The notes: a model not told the origin generated them from the letters alone. 64,000 nucleotides of DNA from an uncultured Methanobacteriaceae archaeon (GCA_963741475.1 CAVUHZ010000012.1:62019-126018); one strand, 5' to 3'; shown: positions 38,329 to 49,145, counted from the stretch's first letter. Program-made: numbers and translations.

Positions 38329-39705
38329 ATGAATAACTCTGACAGAAACAAGATTCTGGCCCTGCTATTTGCAGGTGTTTTCATGGGAGCGCTGGACATT
38401 GGGATAGTGGGACCTGCATTGCCTGCTATTAAATCAGCCTTTGGAACTGATGAGAGAATAGTTTCATGGATATTCACAATTTACATTCTATTTTACATGA
38501 TAGGAACACCACTGATGGCCAAACTATCAGATATGTACGGTAGGAAAACACTTTACATCCTGGATGTTTTCCTCTTTGCAGTTGGATCTGCTATTACAGT
38601 TTCTTCGTTTTCATTTGAAACCCTCTTGATTGGTCGGGCAATTCAGGGTTTTGGTGCAGGTGGTATTTTTCCAGTGGCCAGTGCATTTATTGGAGACACA
38701 TTTCCACCTGAAAAAAGGGGAGGTGCTCTAGGACTAATAGGATCTGTCTGGGGATTTTCGGGACTGCTGGGTCCGCTTCTAGGAGGATTACTTTTAAATT
38801 ATGGTTGGCAGTGGCTTTTCATCATAAATATACCAATAGCAGCTGTGATCATTATCCTTGGTTTTAAGATTCTGCCAAAAGGTGGCCAAAAAAGTTATTC
38901 AAGATTTGATTGGTATGGTACAGCTGTTCTGGCATTGCTTGTAAGTTCACTTGCCTACGGTGTTAATCAGATCGATACAACCAACTTCATGGGAAGTTTG
39001 ACATCTATTTACACTTGGCCATTCCTTGTCACTGCGCTTGTGCTACTGCCGGTACTGGTAAAAATTGAAAGATTGGCAGATGATCCTGTTATAGAAATTG
39101 ACCTCTTTAAAAGCAGGGAAGTGAAAATAGCAACGGGTATATCACTGGGAACAGGACTTAACCAGACAGCTATAGTGTTTTTACCTGCATTTGCCGTTAC
39201 AATCCTGTCTCTTACAACGTCTCAGGCCAGTTTAATGGTAATTCCACTTGTTTTAACACTTGGAATAAGCGCTCCTTTAATAGGTAGATTGTTGGATAAA
39301 TTCGGGTCAAGAAACATCATGTTCGTAGGTACACTCATATTAGTCATTGGTCTTTTCATGTTGGGCACACTTGGAAGTTCGTTCTATCTCTTTATTTTCT
39401 CGTGCATGGTTATTGGACTGGGTTTAAGCAGTATTTTAGGATCACCATTGAGGTACATAATGCTCTCAGAAAGTCCGGCAGATCAAAGGGCAGCAGGACA
39501 GGCACTCATAAATATCAACTCGAGTGTTGGACAGCTGGTTGGAGGTGCGCTCATAGGAGCGGTTATAGCGTCACAGGGAGGAACATCACTGGGATATCAA
39601 TCAGCTTATATCTTGATTGGTTGTATTGCAATTGTAATGACCCTACTAACATTAGGGCTTAAAAAACGAAAAGAACAACTGGAAACAATGAAAAGTAATT
39701 TCTGA
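38329..39705 (+). CDS. MFS transporter (DHA2/EmrB-like), paralogue of 14976-16352
   Basis: Same 458-aa length and collinear, with long identical blocks (LDIGIVGPALP, MIGTPLMAKLSD, LLIGRAIQG.GAGGIFPVA.AFIGD.FPP.KRGGALG). Confidence 0.85.
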   Translation: MNNSDRNKILALLFAGVFMGALDIGIVGPALPAIKSAFGTDERIVSWIFTIYILFYMIGTPLMAKLSDMYGRKTLYILDVFLFAVGSAITVSSFSFETLLIGRAIQGFGAGGIFPVASAFIGDTFPPEKRGGALGLIGSVWGFSGLLGPLLGGLLLNYGWQWLFIINIPIAAVIIILGFKILPKGGQKSYSRFDWYGTAVLALLVSSLAYGVNQIDTTNFMGSLTSIYTWPFLVTALVLLPVLVKIERLADDPVIEIDLFKSREVKIATGISLGTGLNQTAIVFLPAFAVTILSLTTSQASLMVIPLVLTLGISAPLIGRLLDKFGSRNIMFVGTLILVIGLFMLGTLGSSFYLFIFSCMVIGLGLSSILGSPLRYIMLSESPADQRAAGQALININSSVGQLVGGALIGAVIASQGGTSLGYQSAYILIGCIAIVMTLLTLGLKKRKEQLETMKSNF

Positions 39706-39786
39706 TAAGTAAATTTGGTAATGTAGATTAACAGTAGAAAAAACAATTAGAAATAAAAAAAAATAAAAATTTAAAATGTGAAGTGA

Positions 39787-40206
39787 CTATTTGATATCCA
39801 CACGGAAGCTTTCTTTTTTCTCTAACTTAGGTACTTCTACTACTAATAGTCCATTTTCAAATTTAGCTTCGGCTTCTTCGGCTATGACCTTTTTTGGGAA
39901 GCGAACAGTTCTTCTGATCATACTGGGGCGCCTTACGCCCTTAACATCTTTCACATGCTCGTCTTCGAATTCGGCCTTGACCTTCAGTTTAGTGTCTGTG
40001 AGGTTAAGGTCTATGTTTTCCTTTTTTATTCCTGCAAGATCAACACGTACAATTATTGTTTCGTCGGTTTCTATAATATCCTTGCCTGGAACAAATGTGT
40101 AGTCCACAATTGATTTTTCTATATCATTTTTGATGCTATCTATGGTTTTTGCAGTGTCCTCTAACATCTTATCTATTAATCCTTTACTGTCTGTTCCTTT
40201 TGTCAT
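39787..40206 (-). CDS. Hsp20/alpha-crystallin small heat-shock protein (second copy)
   Basis: Contains DIIETDETIIVRVDLAGIKKENIDL...FENGLLVVEVPK. Confidence 0.85.
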   Translation of the reverse strand: MTKGTDSKGLIDKMLEDTAKTIDSIKNDIEKSIVDYTFVPGKDIIETDETIIVRVDLAGIKKENIDLNLTDTKLKVKAEFEDEHVKDVKGVRRPSMIRRTVRFPKKVIAEEAEAKFENGLLVVEVPKLEKKESFRVDIK

Positions 40207-40420
40207 TTTTTTCTCGCCTCATTTTTTGAGTCAAGATTATATTTACCATAGGTTACTATAAAGTTTTCGATAATACCAGTTGGTAAATTAACATTAAAAT
40301 CAAATAACAGTTAAAGTATATTGATTAAACAACTAAATGATACCATTATTCCAGATAATATCCTTGTTCAAGTATAACTCGATATTTTCTAGGAAAAATT
40401 TGTTAGATGGAGGGAAAAAT

Positions 40421-40603
40421 ATGCCTGTGATCACAGTTGAAGGACCAAAAATGAGTAAAGATCAAAAAGAAAAATTGGTAAAAACATTTGCGGAATCTGC
40501 AAGCGAAGTAATGGGGCTTCCAGTAGAGGCCATGGTGATAATAATAAGGGAAGTAGAAGCAGAGAATGTGGGAGTTGGCAACATACTCCTCTGCAATAGA
40601 TAA
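40421..40603 (+). CDS. 4-oxalocrotonate tautomerase family protein
   Basis: 60 aa beginning MPVITVEG (catalytic Pro1 context). ATG at 40421 is preceded by GGAGGG. The longer ORF from 40337 is unlikely to be real. Confidence 0.75.
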   Translation: MPVITVEGPKMSKDQKEKLVKTFAESASEVMGLPVEAMVIIIREVEAENVGVGNILLCNR

Positions 40604-40676
40604 TGAATTACTTTCCTATTTTTGAAATTAATTTTTTTTAAAGAATCGAAAGGGGGTCATTGGTGGAGATAATTTA

Positions 40677-42002
40677 ATGTCTGAAAAATTACTAAACCAG
40701 TACGAAAGACCTTCCAGGATACACTTTAAGATATTCGGTCTGAGCTGGGCCGGCTGGGTCTTCGACTTCTACGATCTCATACTCTTCACCTTTCTCATCA
40801 TTCCCCTAGGTCAAGAGCTGAATCTATCCCATTTAGAGCTGTCCTATGCCTTGGGAATTTCACTTGGAGCAACTGCACTTGGCGGAGTAATATTCGGATA
40901 TTTAGCGGACCATTACGGCAGAAGAACTGTATTACAGTGGACCATAGTGGTTTATAGTTTAGGTGCCTTTCTCTGTGGATTTGCAGTTAGTTTAGAATCT
41001 CTTATACTTTTTAGGATAATCACCGGCCTGGGTGTTGGCGGTGAATGGGCAACAGGACAAACCTACATAGGAGAAACATTCCCTGCAAAGTTCAGGGGAA
41101 GATACGGTTCTTTGATGCAGACAGGAGCGCCAATAGGCATTGCACTAGCTTCGGTTGTTGGCGGTATAATTGAACCAAGTATAGGATGGAGGATATGTTT
41201 TTTCCTTTCAATTGTACCTGCTATAATGGTGATATATATAAGGAAAGACCTACCAGAATCGGATCTGTGGGTTCAAAATCAAAAATTGGGGGTTAAAAAG
41301 GCCGTAAATTTCATTGTAAATTTTAAATCTGGGACTGAAGTAGGCATTAAGGAGATTGAGGAGAGAAAAAATTCCAATAAATTTTTAATGCTCTTTTCAA
41401 AGGAGTACAGAAAAAACTTTATACTGGCCATTGTGCTTGCAATATTAGGTTTATCTGCGTATTGGTTCACCTACTCATGGATGCCCGATTATCTTTATTC
41501 CCAACGCCATTTTTCACTCACAAAATCAGCACTATGGATCATAGTAACCCAGATCGGAGGATTTTTAGGCTATTTATCATTTGGATTTGTTTCTGATAGA
41601 ATTGGAAGAAGACCAGCATATACACTTTACAGTTTTTTAATGGCAACTGGTCTTGTAATGATAACAGTACTATGGGATCTTGTAGCTGGATATCCTCCAA
41701 TAATTCTTAGTTTCATGTTCCTTGTTGGTTTCGGAACCGGATTTTTTGGAGGGTACGGCCCATTGTTTTCTGAACTTTTTCCTACCATCATCAGAAATAC
41801 TGCATCAGGATCCGCCTTTAATCTTGGTAGGGGAGTTCAATTTTTCACCCCTGTGATTATTGCACTTATAGCATCCAAGTACGATCTTAGCCTTGGAATA
41901 CTCCTTGCAGCAATATTCGCCTTTTTAACAGGTGTGTTCATATGGCATTTCCTGAAACGAAAGGCTTGGATCTCGAAGAACTTGGAAAACTGGAGTAGAT
42001 GA
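40677..42002 (+). CDS. MFS transporter (sugar-porter/aromatic-acid symporter-like) with a frame change in the last 18 or so codons
   Basis: Contains GYLADHYGRR and GLGVGGEWA motifs. The listed tail ...HFLKRKAWISKNLENWSR is out of frame. The adjacent frame reads FPETKGLDLEELGKLE-stop at 41998, carrying the canonical PETKG C-terminal motif. Confidence 0.8.
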   Translation: MSEKLLNQYERPSRIHFKIFGLSWAGWVFDFYDLILFTFLIIPLGQELNLSHLELSYALGISLGATALGGVIFGYLADHYGRRTVLQWTIVVYSLGAFLCGFAVSLESLILFRIITGLGVGGEWATGQTYIGETFPAKFRGRYGSLMQTGAPIGIALASVVGGIIEPSIGWRICFFLSIVPAIMVIYIRKDLPESDLWVQNQKLGVKKAVNFIVNFKSGTEVGIKEIEERKNSNKFLMLFSKEYRKNFILAIVLAILGLSAYWFTYSWMPDYLYSQRHFSLTKSALWIIVTQIGGFLGYLSFGFVSDRIGRRPAYTLYSFLMATGLVMITVLWDLVAGYPPIILSFMFLVGFGTGFFGGYGPLFSELFPTIIRNTASGSAFNLGRGVQFFTPVIIALIASKYDLSLGILLAAIFAFLTGVFIWHFLKRKAWISKNLENWSR

Positions 42003-42078
42003 TAATCTTTAAAATTGTGATTTGGTATAAACAGAACTTTTTTATAATATAGTCTACAGAGTACTCAACGGTAACCAC

Positions 42079-42840
42079 ATGACAGCGATAAAAAAACATT
42101 ATTCAAAAAAATCACCGCAGTACAAAATATTCTCATCTGGAAACAAGGTAGATGTTGTCAAGGGCCAAGTCAAGGTTCAGATACTCGATTCACTGTGTTA
42201 TAAAAATATGAGTTTCAATGAAATTGTTGAATTAACTGGAAAGGCAAAACCAACGGTTTCCCAACATCTTCGAGAACTTGTTGATGAAGGTCTTATCAGA
42301 TCCACCAAGGATTCAGGGGATGCACGAAGAAAAATTTTTTGTATTAACGCTGAATTATTAGGTGAATTATCCTGTGATAGGGAAGCCAAATTCGATATAG
42401 AGGAATATTTCTCCAAGCTTCCACAACTGAAGGATCCATTCGAATTTTACAGATTAATTTTACGTTCGTTAAGGGCAGAATTTTGGAACGAAGGCATTAA
42501 CATCGACCCAATACTCCGAAACGCCGGGAAAAGAGTGGGAGATATCTTTTATGAAGAATTGAAGGACTGTGATTTAAACCAGTTACTTGAAAACATTTCC
42601 AGATTCTGGGAAAACAAACAGCTGGGACGAATAGAGGTAAAGAATCTTGATCCATTAACAATTTGTGTTTACGATTGTTTTGAATGTAAGGATTTGCCTG
42701 AAATTGGAGAACCCGCTTGTGCATTTGATTCTGGAGTACTGGATTCAATATTTTCAAGACATTTTAAAAGGAATGTTACAACAGTTGAAACCCAATGTTA
42801 CTCAATGGGAAACGAATGCTGTTCATTTGTTATCGAATGA
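42079..42840 (+). CDS. wHTH (ArsR-like) plus V4R domain regulator
   Basis: The HTH is MSFNEIVELTGKAKPTVSQHLRELVDEGLI. The C-terminal V4R-type Cys pattern is CVYDCFECKD...GEPACAFDSGVL...ETQCYSMGNECCSFVIE. Confidence 0.7.
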   Translation: MTAIKKHYSKKSPQYKIFSSGNKVDVVKGQVKVQILDSLCYKNMSFNEIVELTGKAKPTVSQHLRELVDEGLIRSTKDSGDARRKIFCINAELLGELSCDREAKFDIEEYFSKLPQLKDPFEFYRLILRSLRAEFWNEGINIDPILRNAGKRVGDIFYEELKDCDLNQLLENISRFWENKQLGRIEVKNLDPLTICVYDCFECKDLPEIGEPACAFDSGVLDSIFSRHFKRNVTTVETQCYSMGNECCSFVIE

Positions 42841-43060
42841 ATAGACCAACTATCTAGAAATTTTTATTAAATGATTTTTTTTAGGATAATTCATTCTTAT
42901 GATATTATTAATTTTAATTTTCATTGCTTATTTTTGCAGATTGTACAATGATGAGTTACTAACCGATAAAACCTTGTTCTAGTTTGTTCAAATTAATATA
43001 TAACAAACATATTTTTTATCTTAGAAATATTTGCTTTAAGGGAATTTAAGGTGAACAACC

Positions 43061-45184
43061 ATGAACAATCCAAGAAGAAATGCTTCTAAAAATAGTTTCA
43101 ACCACCTAAAAGGTGAAAAAAGTCCTTACCTAATTCAACACGCTAAAAATCCTGTTGATTGGTATCCTTGGGGTGAAGAGGCCTTTGAAAAAGCTAAAAT
43201 AGAAGATAAACCTATTTTTTTGTCAATCGGATATTCGACATGCCACTGGTGCCATGTAATGGCCCATGAATCATTTGAAAATCCCGAAGTAGCAGCTCTA
43301 TTAAACAAGGTTTTTGTTTCTGTTAAGGTCGACCGGGAGGAACGGCCCGATATTGACAGTATATATATGACTGCATGCCAGATCATGACTGGAACAGGAG
43401 GGTGGCCATTAACCATCATAATGACTCCAGAAAAAAAACCATTCTTTGCAGGTACATACTTTCCAAGAGAAAGCGGATTTGGAGCCATTGGATTAAAGGA
43501 CCTTATCTTAAATGTTCAGGATATATGGAACGACAACAGAGCAGAGGCACTAAACTCCGGAGACCAGATACTCAAAGCACTACAAGATATTTCAAAAACG
43601 AGAAAAGGAGAAGAATTAGGATTAAAAATTCTAGAAAAAGCCTATGATGAATATTCTAAGATATTTGACGATGAAAATGGTGGTTTTGGAGATTTTCAGA
43701 AGTTTCCCACACCCCACAATTTAATGTTTCTTTTAAGGTACTGGAAACGTACAGGAAACAAACATGCCCTGTACATGGTAACAAAAACCCTGGATTCCAT
43801 GGCTATGGGTGGGATCCACGACCATTTAGGATTCGGTTTTCACCGTTACTCGGTTGACAAGTTCTGGTTGGTACCCCACTTCGAAAAGATGCTCTATGAC
43901 CAGGCACTTATAGCAATGGTTTATACAGAAGCATTTCAGGCCACAGGAAAATCTGCCTACAAAAAAATAGCAGAAAAAATATTCCAATACGTTATAAGGG
44001 ATATGAAATCTCCAGATGGTGCTTTTTTTTCTGCGGAAGATGCAGACAGCGAAGGGGTTGAGGGCAAGTTCTACCTGTGGACAAAGGAAGAGATATTTAA
44101 TATTCTGGATACGAATGAAGGAGAATTTATATCCAAGGTTTTTAATGTGAAGGAAGAGGGTAATTTCAATGATGAGTACTCGCGGCACTCAAACCAGAAC
44201 ATCCTTCATATGAAACAAGACATTGACGAGTTAAAGGACATGCTAGGACTCGAAGCTAATGAAATAGAAGATAAAATAGAATCTGTGCGTCTTAAACTTT
44301 TCAATGAACGTGAAAAACGTGTTCATCCACATAAAGACGATAAAATACTCACAGATTGGAATGGGCTAATGATTGCATCCCTATCAAAGTCCAGTCAAGT
44401 GTTTAAAGAAAAAAAATACTCTGATTCTGCCAAGGAAGCTGCCGATTTTATACTTGAAAATTTATGCAGTAATGGCAGGCTCATGCACCGTTACAGGGAC
44501 AAAGAAGCAGGTGTAACCGCAAACCTGGATGACTACTCATTCTTGATATGGGGATTGCTGGAGCTTTATACAGCAGTTTTCGACATCAAATACCTTAAAG
44601 CAGCAATTGAACTCAACGAAACCTTGCTGGAACATTTCTGGGATGAAGTGGATGGTGGATTTTATTTCACAGCAGACGATGCAGAGGAAGTGCTTATGCG
44701 CGAGAAGAAAACATATGACAGTGCAACACCATCTGGAAACTCTGTTGAAATACTAAACTTGATACGAATAGCAAGGATAACCGAAGATCCAGAAATTGAG
44801 GCAAAGGCAGTTAAGATGGAATCTACATTTTCAGAGAACATCAAACGGGCACCAACAGCACATACTCAATTTATTACAGCTGTTGACTTTAAAGTTGGAC
44901 CCTCATTTGAGGTGGTTGTGGTTGGAAAACCAGGAGCTACCGACACACTAAAAATTTTGAACACCTTAAACGAACAATTCATTCCCAACAAGGTCCTAAT
45001 ATTGAAGGATCCCGAAAATCCAGAGGAATTAAATAAAATTGCTGAATCCCTCAAGTACAAGAAAACTGTTGATGGTAAAGCAACAGCACATGTATGTGCT
45101 GCTGGTAGCTGTAAAATACCAACCACAAGTGCAGAGGAGATGTTAAACCTCATGGAGATTAAAACATTCAAAAAATCTGTTTAA
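43061..45184 (+). CDS. Thioredoxin-domain (DUF255) plus six-hairpin (YyaL/SSP411-like) protein
   Basis: Contains [17 protein letters not shown]...[18 protein letters not shown], followed by a long alpha/alpha toroid-like region. 707 aa. Confidence 0.85.
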   Translation: MNNPRRNASKNSFNHLKGEKSPYLIQHAKNPVDWYPWGEEAFEKAKIEDKPIFLSIGYSTCHWCHVMAHESFENPEVAALLNKVFVSVKVDREERPDIDSIYMTACQIMTGTGGWPLTIIMTPEKKPFFAGTYFPRESGFGAIGLKDLILNVQDIWNDNRAEALNSGDQILKALQDISKTRKGEELGLKILEKAYDEYSKIFDDENGGFGDFQKFPTPHNLMFLLRYWKRTGNKHALYMVTKTLDSMAMGGIHDHLGFGFHRYSVDKFWLVPHFEKMLYDQALIAMVYTEAFQATGKSAYKKIAEKIFQYVIRDMKSPDGAFFSAEDADSEGVEGKFYLWTKEEIFNILDTNEGEFISKVFNVKEEGNFNDEYSRHSNQNILHMKQDIDELKDMLGLEANEIEDKIESVRLKLFNEREKRVHPHKDDKILTDWNGLMIASLSKSSQVFKEKKYSDSAKEAADFILENLCSNGRLMHRYRDKEAGVTANLDDYSFLIWGLLELYTAVFDIKYLKAAIELNETLLEHFWDEVDGGFYFTADDAEEVLMREKKTYDSATPSGNSVEILNLIRIARITEDPEIEAKAVKMESTFSENIKRAPTAHTQFITAVDFKVGPSFEVVVVGKPGATDTLKILNTLNEQFIPNKVLILKDPENPEELNKIAESLKYKKTVDGKATAHVCAAGSCKIPTTSAEEMLNLMEIKTFKKSV

Positions 45185-45288
45185 ATGGGTTAATCAACTT
45201 GTTTAAAAACAATAAATGATAAATACCCAATTAATTTTTTATGTAAAAATTGTTTAATGTTAATGAAAGAATGTGTTTAAAAAATGAT

Positions 45289-45672
45289 TCAAACAACAGT
45301 TAGCTTAACATAGTCCATTTTACGGCTTGTTTGAAACATTTTAGCCAGCTGGTGCATTCTGTGAACATCTCCATCCAGTATAAATATTTCCAAGCACTTG
45401 TTTTCCTTTAGGTGACTGTGTATCTGGGTATTGATGATGTCCTCATAGTCGTGTTTAATTTCTGTTACCTTGTCCTCTGCATCCTGGCTGTGTATCAAGG
45501 TGAGCACAGAATTGGTTTCACCCGTCATGATGCTTTTTTCCCTGTTGTCTGCAATTAACATACGGGTACTGGCTCTTATAACATCGGATCTTCCAGAAAA
45601 TCCCATTTCATTTTTTATGCTATCTATCTCTTCCAGAAGTTTTTCACTCAAGGAAACACTTACAATAACCAT
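45289..45672 (-). CDS. nikR: Nickel-responsive regulator NikR (ribbon-helix-helix plus ACT-like metal-binding domain)
   Basis: The RHH N-terminus is [36 protein letters not shown]. The C-domain has His/Cys ligand positions (HSQ...[12 protein letters not shown]). Confidence 0.85.
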   Translation of the reverse strand: MVIVSVSLSEKLLEEIDSIKNEMGFSGRSDVIRASTRMLIADNREKSIMTGETNSVLTLIHSQDAEDKVTEIKHDYEDIINTQIHSHLKENKCLEIFILDGDVHRMHQLAKMFQTSRKMDYVKLTVV

Positions 45673-45773
45673 ACTTATTATTATTTAATAATTTATTATA
45701 TAAAATTTGCTAATTTTTATTAAGATAATTTATAAATATTAATAACAACAGATAGGAACTAAGGGGAACTGGG

Positions 45774-46652
45774 ATGAACAAAAAGAGGTTACTCATAGTT
45801 ATAATAATATTAATTTTCACAGTAGCAGCCTTGTATTATTTATACTCCCTAAAAACAGATTCAAATGGTCCAAAGGATAAAATAGAAGTTATTGTAAGTT
45901 TAGGTCCCCAAGTTGAATTTGTAAAGGCAGTTGGAGGAGACAAAGTTGAAGTTACCTTGATGGTACCCCCAGGAGCAGACCCCCACACATACGAACCACT
46001 GCCAGACCAGCTGAATCACGTTTCAAAGGCCCAGATGTACGTAGAAGTTGGAACACCCGTTGAATTTGAACTCAACTACATGGATAAATTGAAAAGTTTG
46101 AACCCAAGTATGCTCGTTGTTAACTCATCAAGGGGTATAGATTTAATACCCAATATAGCAGAAAACGAAAACAGCAGCGACCCCCATGTATGGGTTTCAC
46201 CAAAAAACGCAAAGATAATGGTGGAAAATATATACCAAGGCCTTGTTCAGATAGATCCAAACAACACAGGATACTACACAACAAACCGCGACAACTACAT
46301 GGTACAGCTGGATGAATTGGATGCTAACATTACCAAATCACTGAAAGGTAAAGAGAACAGTCAAATAATTGTTTATCATCCTGCTTGGGCATACTTCTGC
46401 AAAGATTACAATCTCCACCAAATACCTATAGAGTCTGAGGGAAAAGAACCAACATCACAGGAGATAGCTGCTGTAATAGACTTTGCAAGGAAAAATAATG
46501 TAAAGGTTATATTCATCGAACCACAGTACAGTCCAAAAAGCGCTGAGGTAATAGCTTCAGAAATCAATGGAAAAGTATTAAAAATTGATGATCTGGCCCA
46601 AAACTATATTGAAAATCTTAAAAATGTCACAGAAACATTTTCAAACGTTTAA
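45774..46652 (+). CDS. Metal ABC transporter substrate-binding protein (TroA/ZnuA cluster-9 family)
   Basis: N-terminal TM/signal anchor, with GADPHTYEP and SDPHVWVSP motifs. Confidence 0.85.
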   Translation: MNKKRLLIVIIILIFTVAALYYLYSLKTDSNGPKDKIEVIVSLGPQVEFVKAVGGDKVEVTLMVPPGADPHTYEPLPDQLNHVSKAQMYVEVGTPVEFELNYMDKLKSLNPSMLVVNSSRGIDLIPNIAENENSSDPHVWVSPKNAKIMVENIYQGLVQIDPNNTGYYTTNRDNYMVQLDELDANITKSLKGKENSQIIVYHPAWAYFCKDYNLHQIPIESEGKEPTSQEIAAVIDFARKNNVKVIFIEPQYSPKSAEVIASEINGKVLKIDDLAQNYIENLKNVTETFSNV

Positions 46653-46718
46653 AATAATAATTATATCCAAAGTGCAAGAATCAGAATATTTATAAAGAAA
46701 ATTTTTGAGGATAAAATC

Positions 46719-47471
46719 ATGAAGACCAAAGCAGTTGAACTGAAGGATATATCAATTAAATTCAATGAACTATCGGTTCTCCATGACATTAACCTCACAA
46801 TTAAAGAAAATGATTTTATGGCCATAATAGGCCCTAATGGTGGTGGAAAAAGTACTCTCCTTAAAATTATACTGGGACTGCTAAAACCAGATACAGGAGA
46901 AGTACGGATATTTGGAAGAAAACCTGAAGATGCAAGGGATATAATGGGTTACCTTCCTCAAAGAGTTTCTTTTGACCATGATTTTCCTATTAATGTCTAC
47001 AACACTGTTTTATCTGGAAGGTATCATGGACTCTTTAAGGGACACAACGAAGCAGATAAAAAAGCAGTTTTGAATGCATTAGAAGATTTGAACATGCTGG
47101 ATCTAAGGGATAGGCAGATAAGCAGACTTTCTGGAGGACAGTTACAAAGGGTTTTCATTGCCCGTGCCATTGTAAGAGAGCCAAAAATTCTTCTTATGGA
47201 CGAACCCATGGCAAGCATCGACCCTGAAATGCAAAAATCATTTTACGGTTTGTTATCAGAACTCAAGGATAAAATAACAATTGTACTGGTGAGCCACGAC
47301 GTTGGAAGCGTTTCTAAACATGTGGATAAGATAGCCTGCTTGAACCGTAAACTCTACTATCATGGTCCGGTTGAGAATGCTGCAGAGGGTTTAAAAAAAA
47401 TTTACAAATCCCCTGTAGAACTGCTAACCCATGAAATTCCCCAACGCATCCTCAAAGACCATCTAGATTAA
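46719..47471 (+). CDS. Metal ABC transporter ATP-binding protein (ZnuC/TroB-like)
   Basis: Walker A is GPNGGGKST, the signature is LSGGQLQR, and Walker B is [11 protein letters not shown]. Confidence 0.9.
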   Translation: MKTKAVELKDISIKFNELSVLHDINLTIKENDFMAIIGPNGGGKSTLLKIILGLLKPDTGEVRIFGRKPEDARDIMGYLPQRVSFDHDFPINVYNTVLSGRYHGLFKGHNEADKKAVLNALEDLNMLDLRDRQISRLSGGQLQRVFIARAIVREPKILLMDEPMASIDPEMQKSFYGLLSELKDKITIVLVSHDVGSVSKHVDKIACLNRKLYYHGPVENAAEGLKKIYKSPVELLTHEIPQRILKDHLD

Positions 47472-47518
47472 AAATATCAATTAGATCCCGTATAAAAAGT
47501 TCAGGATATGTTATTTTG

Positions 47519-48313
47519 ATGTTCGAAATACTACAATACGAATTTATGCAAAGAGCATTCATAGCAGCATTGCTTGTGAGTGTGGCATGTGGAATTGTTG
47601 GAACATACGTTGTAATCAAGAGAATAGTTTCTTTAAGCGGAGCAATTTCACACGCTGCATTTGGAGGCATAGGTCTGGGCTATTTTTTAGGATTGAATCC
47701 TATTCTTACTGCCATTCCATTCAGCATTCTATCTGCAATAACAATTGGCAGCATACACGAAAGGGTAAAAATAAGTGAGGATACTGCAATTGGCATACTC
47801 TGGAGTGTGGGCATGGCTATTGGAATCATTTTCATCAACTTAACCCCAGGATACGCTCCCGATCTTTTCTCCTACCTTTTCGGAAGCATACTCACAGTCT
47901 CATACTCTGATATTATAATCATGATCATACTGGATCTGTTGATAATTGCAACTGTCTACCTGTTTCAAAGAGAATTTCTATCAATATCCTTCGATGAAGA
48001 ATATTCTAAGGTATTGGGAATTCCATCAGAACTAATTTATATGCTACTTTTAAGTTTGGTGGCCTTGAGCGTTGTAGTTCTTATAAAAGTTGTTGGAGTG
48101 ATACTCGTTATAGCACTCCTAGCCATACCCGCAGCCATTACCAAACAGTACACAAGCGATATTAGAAGGTTAATGTTTTTATCAACACTGACTGGTATGG
48201 TCTTTACCTCACTCGGTTTGTGGCTTTCCTACATATTCAACCTGTCTTCAGGTGCTACTATAGTAATGGTACTGGCAGCTGCATTTCTAATTTCGTACTA
48301 CTTAAAAGATTGA
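47519..48313 (+). CDS. Metal ABC transporter permease (ZnuB/TroC-like)
   Basis: About 264 aa, polytopic, with an N-terminus ([13 protein letters not shown]) typical of the ABC-3 family. An in-frame TTG at 47516 precedes the ATG. Confidence 0.85.
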   Translation: MFEILQYEFMQRAFIAALLVSVACGIVGTYVVIKRIVSLSGAISHAAFGGIGLGYFLGLNPILTAIPFSILSAITIGSIHERVKISEDTAIGILWSVGMAIGIIFINLTPGYAPDLFSYLFGSILTVSYSDIIIMIILDLLIIATVYLFQREFLSISFDEEYSKVLGIPSELIYMLLLSLVALSVVVLIKVVGVILVIALLAIPAAITKQYTSDIRRLMFLSTLTGMVFTSLGLWLSYIFNLSSGATIVMVLAAAFLISYYLKD

Positions 48314-48446
48314 AATTGATATGTGTGTTGATTAAGACCATAATAAATAAGTAAAGATATTAATTATGAATCTAAAATGTTCTATTTAACTGTAATTGTG
48401 TCTATTTTAGTTTTTTAACATCCCACTATCGAGTGAACCCTTGGAT

Positions 48447-49115
48447 TTATTTCTTCAGCACTTCAATACCTGTTTTACTTCCAACCATGACTTCATCTAC
48501 TATCTGTGAGAATATACCGTTTTCAACCACACCTGGAATGTTGTTGATTTCTGTTTCCATTTTTTTCGGGTTTTTTATGGTGAACTTCACATCAAATATA
48601 AAGTTTCCATTGTCTGTTACAACAGGACCGTCCTTTCTTTCGGCCATTCTCATTGAAGGTGAGCCTCCCATTTCGATAAGAGTTTTTTTTACAGGCCTAG
48701 TTGCCTGTGGAATTACCTCAACAGGTACTGGGAAGCTTCCTAGTTCGGACACTATCTTGCTCCCATCCACAATTACAACGAACCTTGATGCAGTTGAATC
48801 CACTATTTTCTCTAGTGTGTGGGCTGCTCCTCCACCCTTAATCAGGTTCAGTTTAGGGTCAACCTCGTCAGCACCGTCTACTGCAATGTCTACATCATGT
48901 TCTTCCAGTGTGGTTATTGGAATACCAGAATCCCTTGCAAGGAAAAAAGATTGATAGGATGTGGGAACTCCAAGGATGTCCATACCTTCTATTTTTATCC
49001 TTTTCCCAAGTTTTTCTATGAAGTGGTGGGTTGTTGATCCTGTTCCAAGTCCAACAACGTCTCCATCTTTTACCAGTTTGGCTGCTTCGTATCCAACTCT
49101 TCTTTTAAGTTCCAT
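48447..49115 (-). CDS. rpiA: Ribose-5-phosphate isomerase A
   Basis: Contains [19 protein letters not shown] and [11 protein letters not shown] motifs. Confidence 0.9.
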   Translation of the reverse strand: MELKRRVGYEAAKLVKDGDVVGLGTGSTTHHFIEKLGKRIKIEGMDILGVPTSYQSFFLARDSGIPITTLEEHDVDIAVDGADEVDPKLNLIKGGGAAHTLEKIVDSTASRFVVIVDGSKIVSELGSFPVPVEVIPQATRPVKKTLIEMGGSPSMRMAERKDGPVVTDNGNFIFDVKFTIKNPKKMETEINNIPGVVENGIFSQIVDEVMVGSKTGIEVLKK

Positions 49116-49145
49116 TATACAATCCCTCGTAAAACTGATCCTTAA

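Noticed and set aside
45673-45773. A NikR operator (TATWATT-N11-AATWATA-like) in the nikR / ABC importer intergenic region.
   Set aside because: The region is almost pure A/T, and several partial matches arise by chance. I could not single out a convincing dyad by eye.
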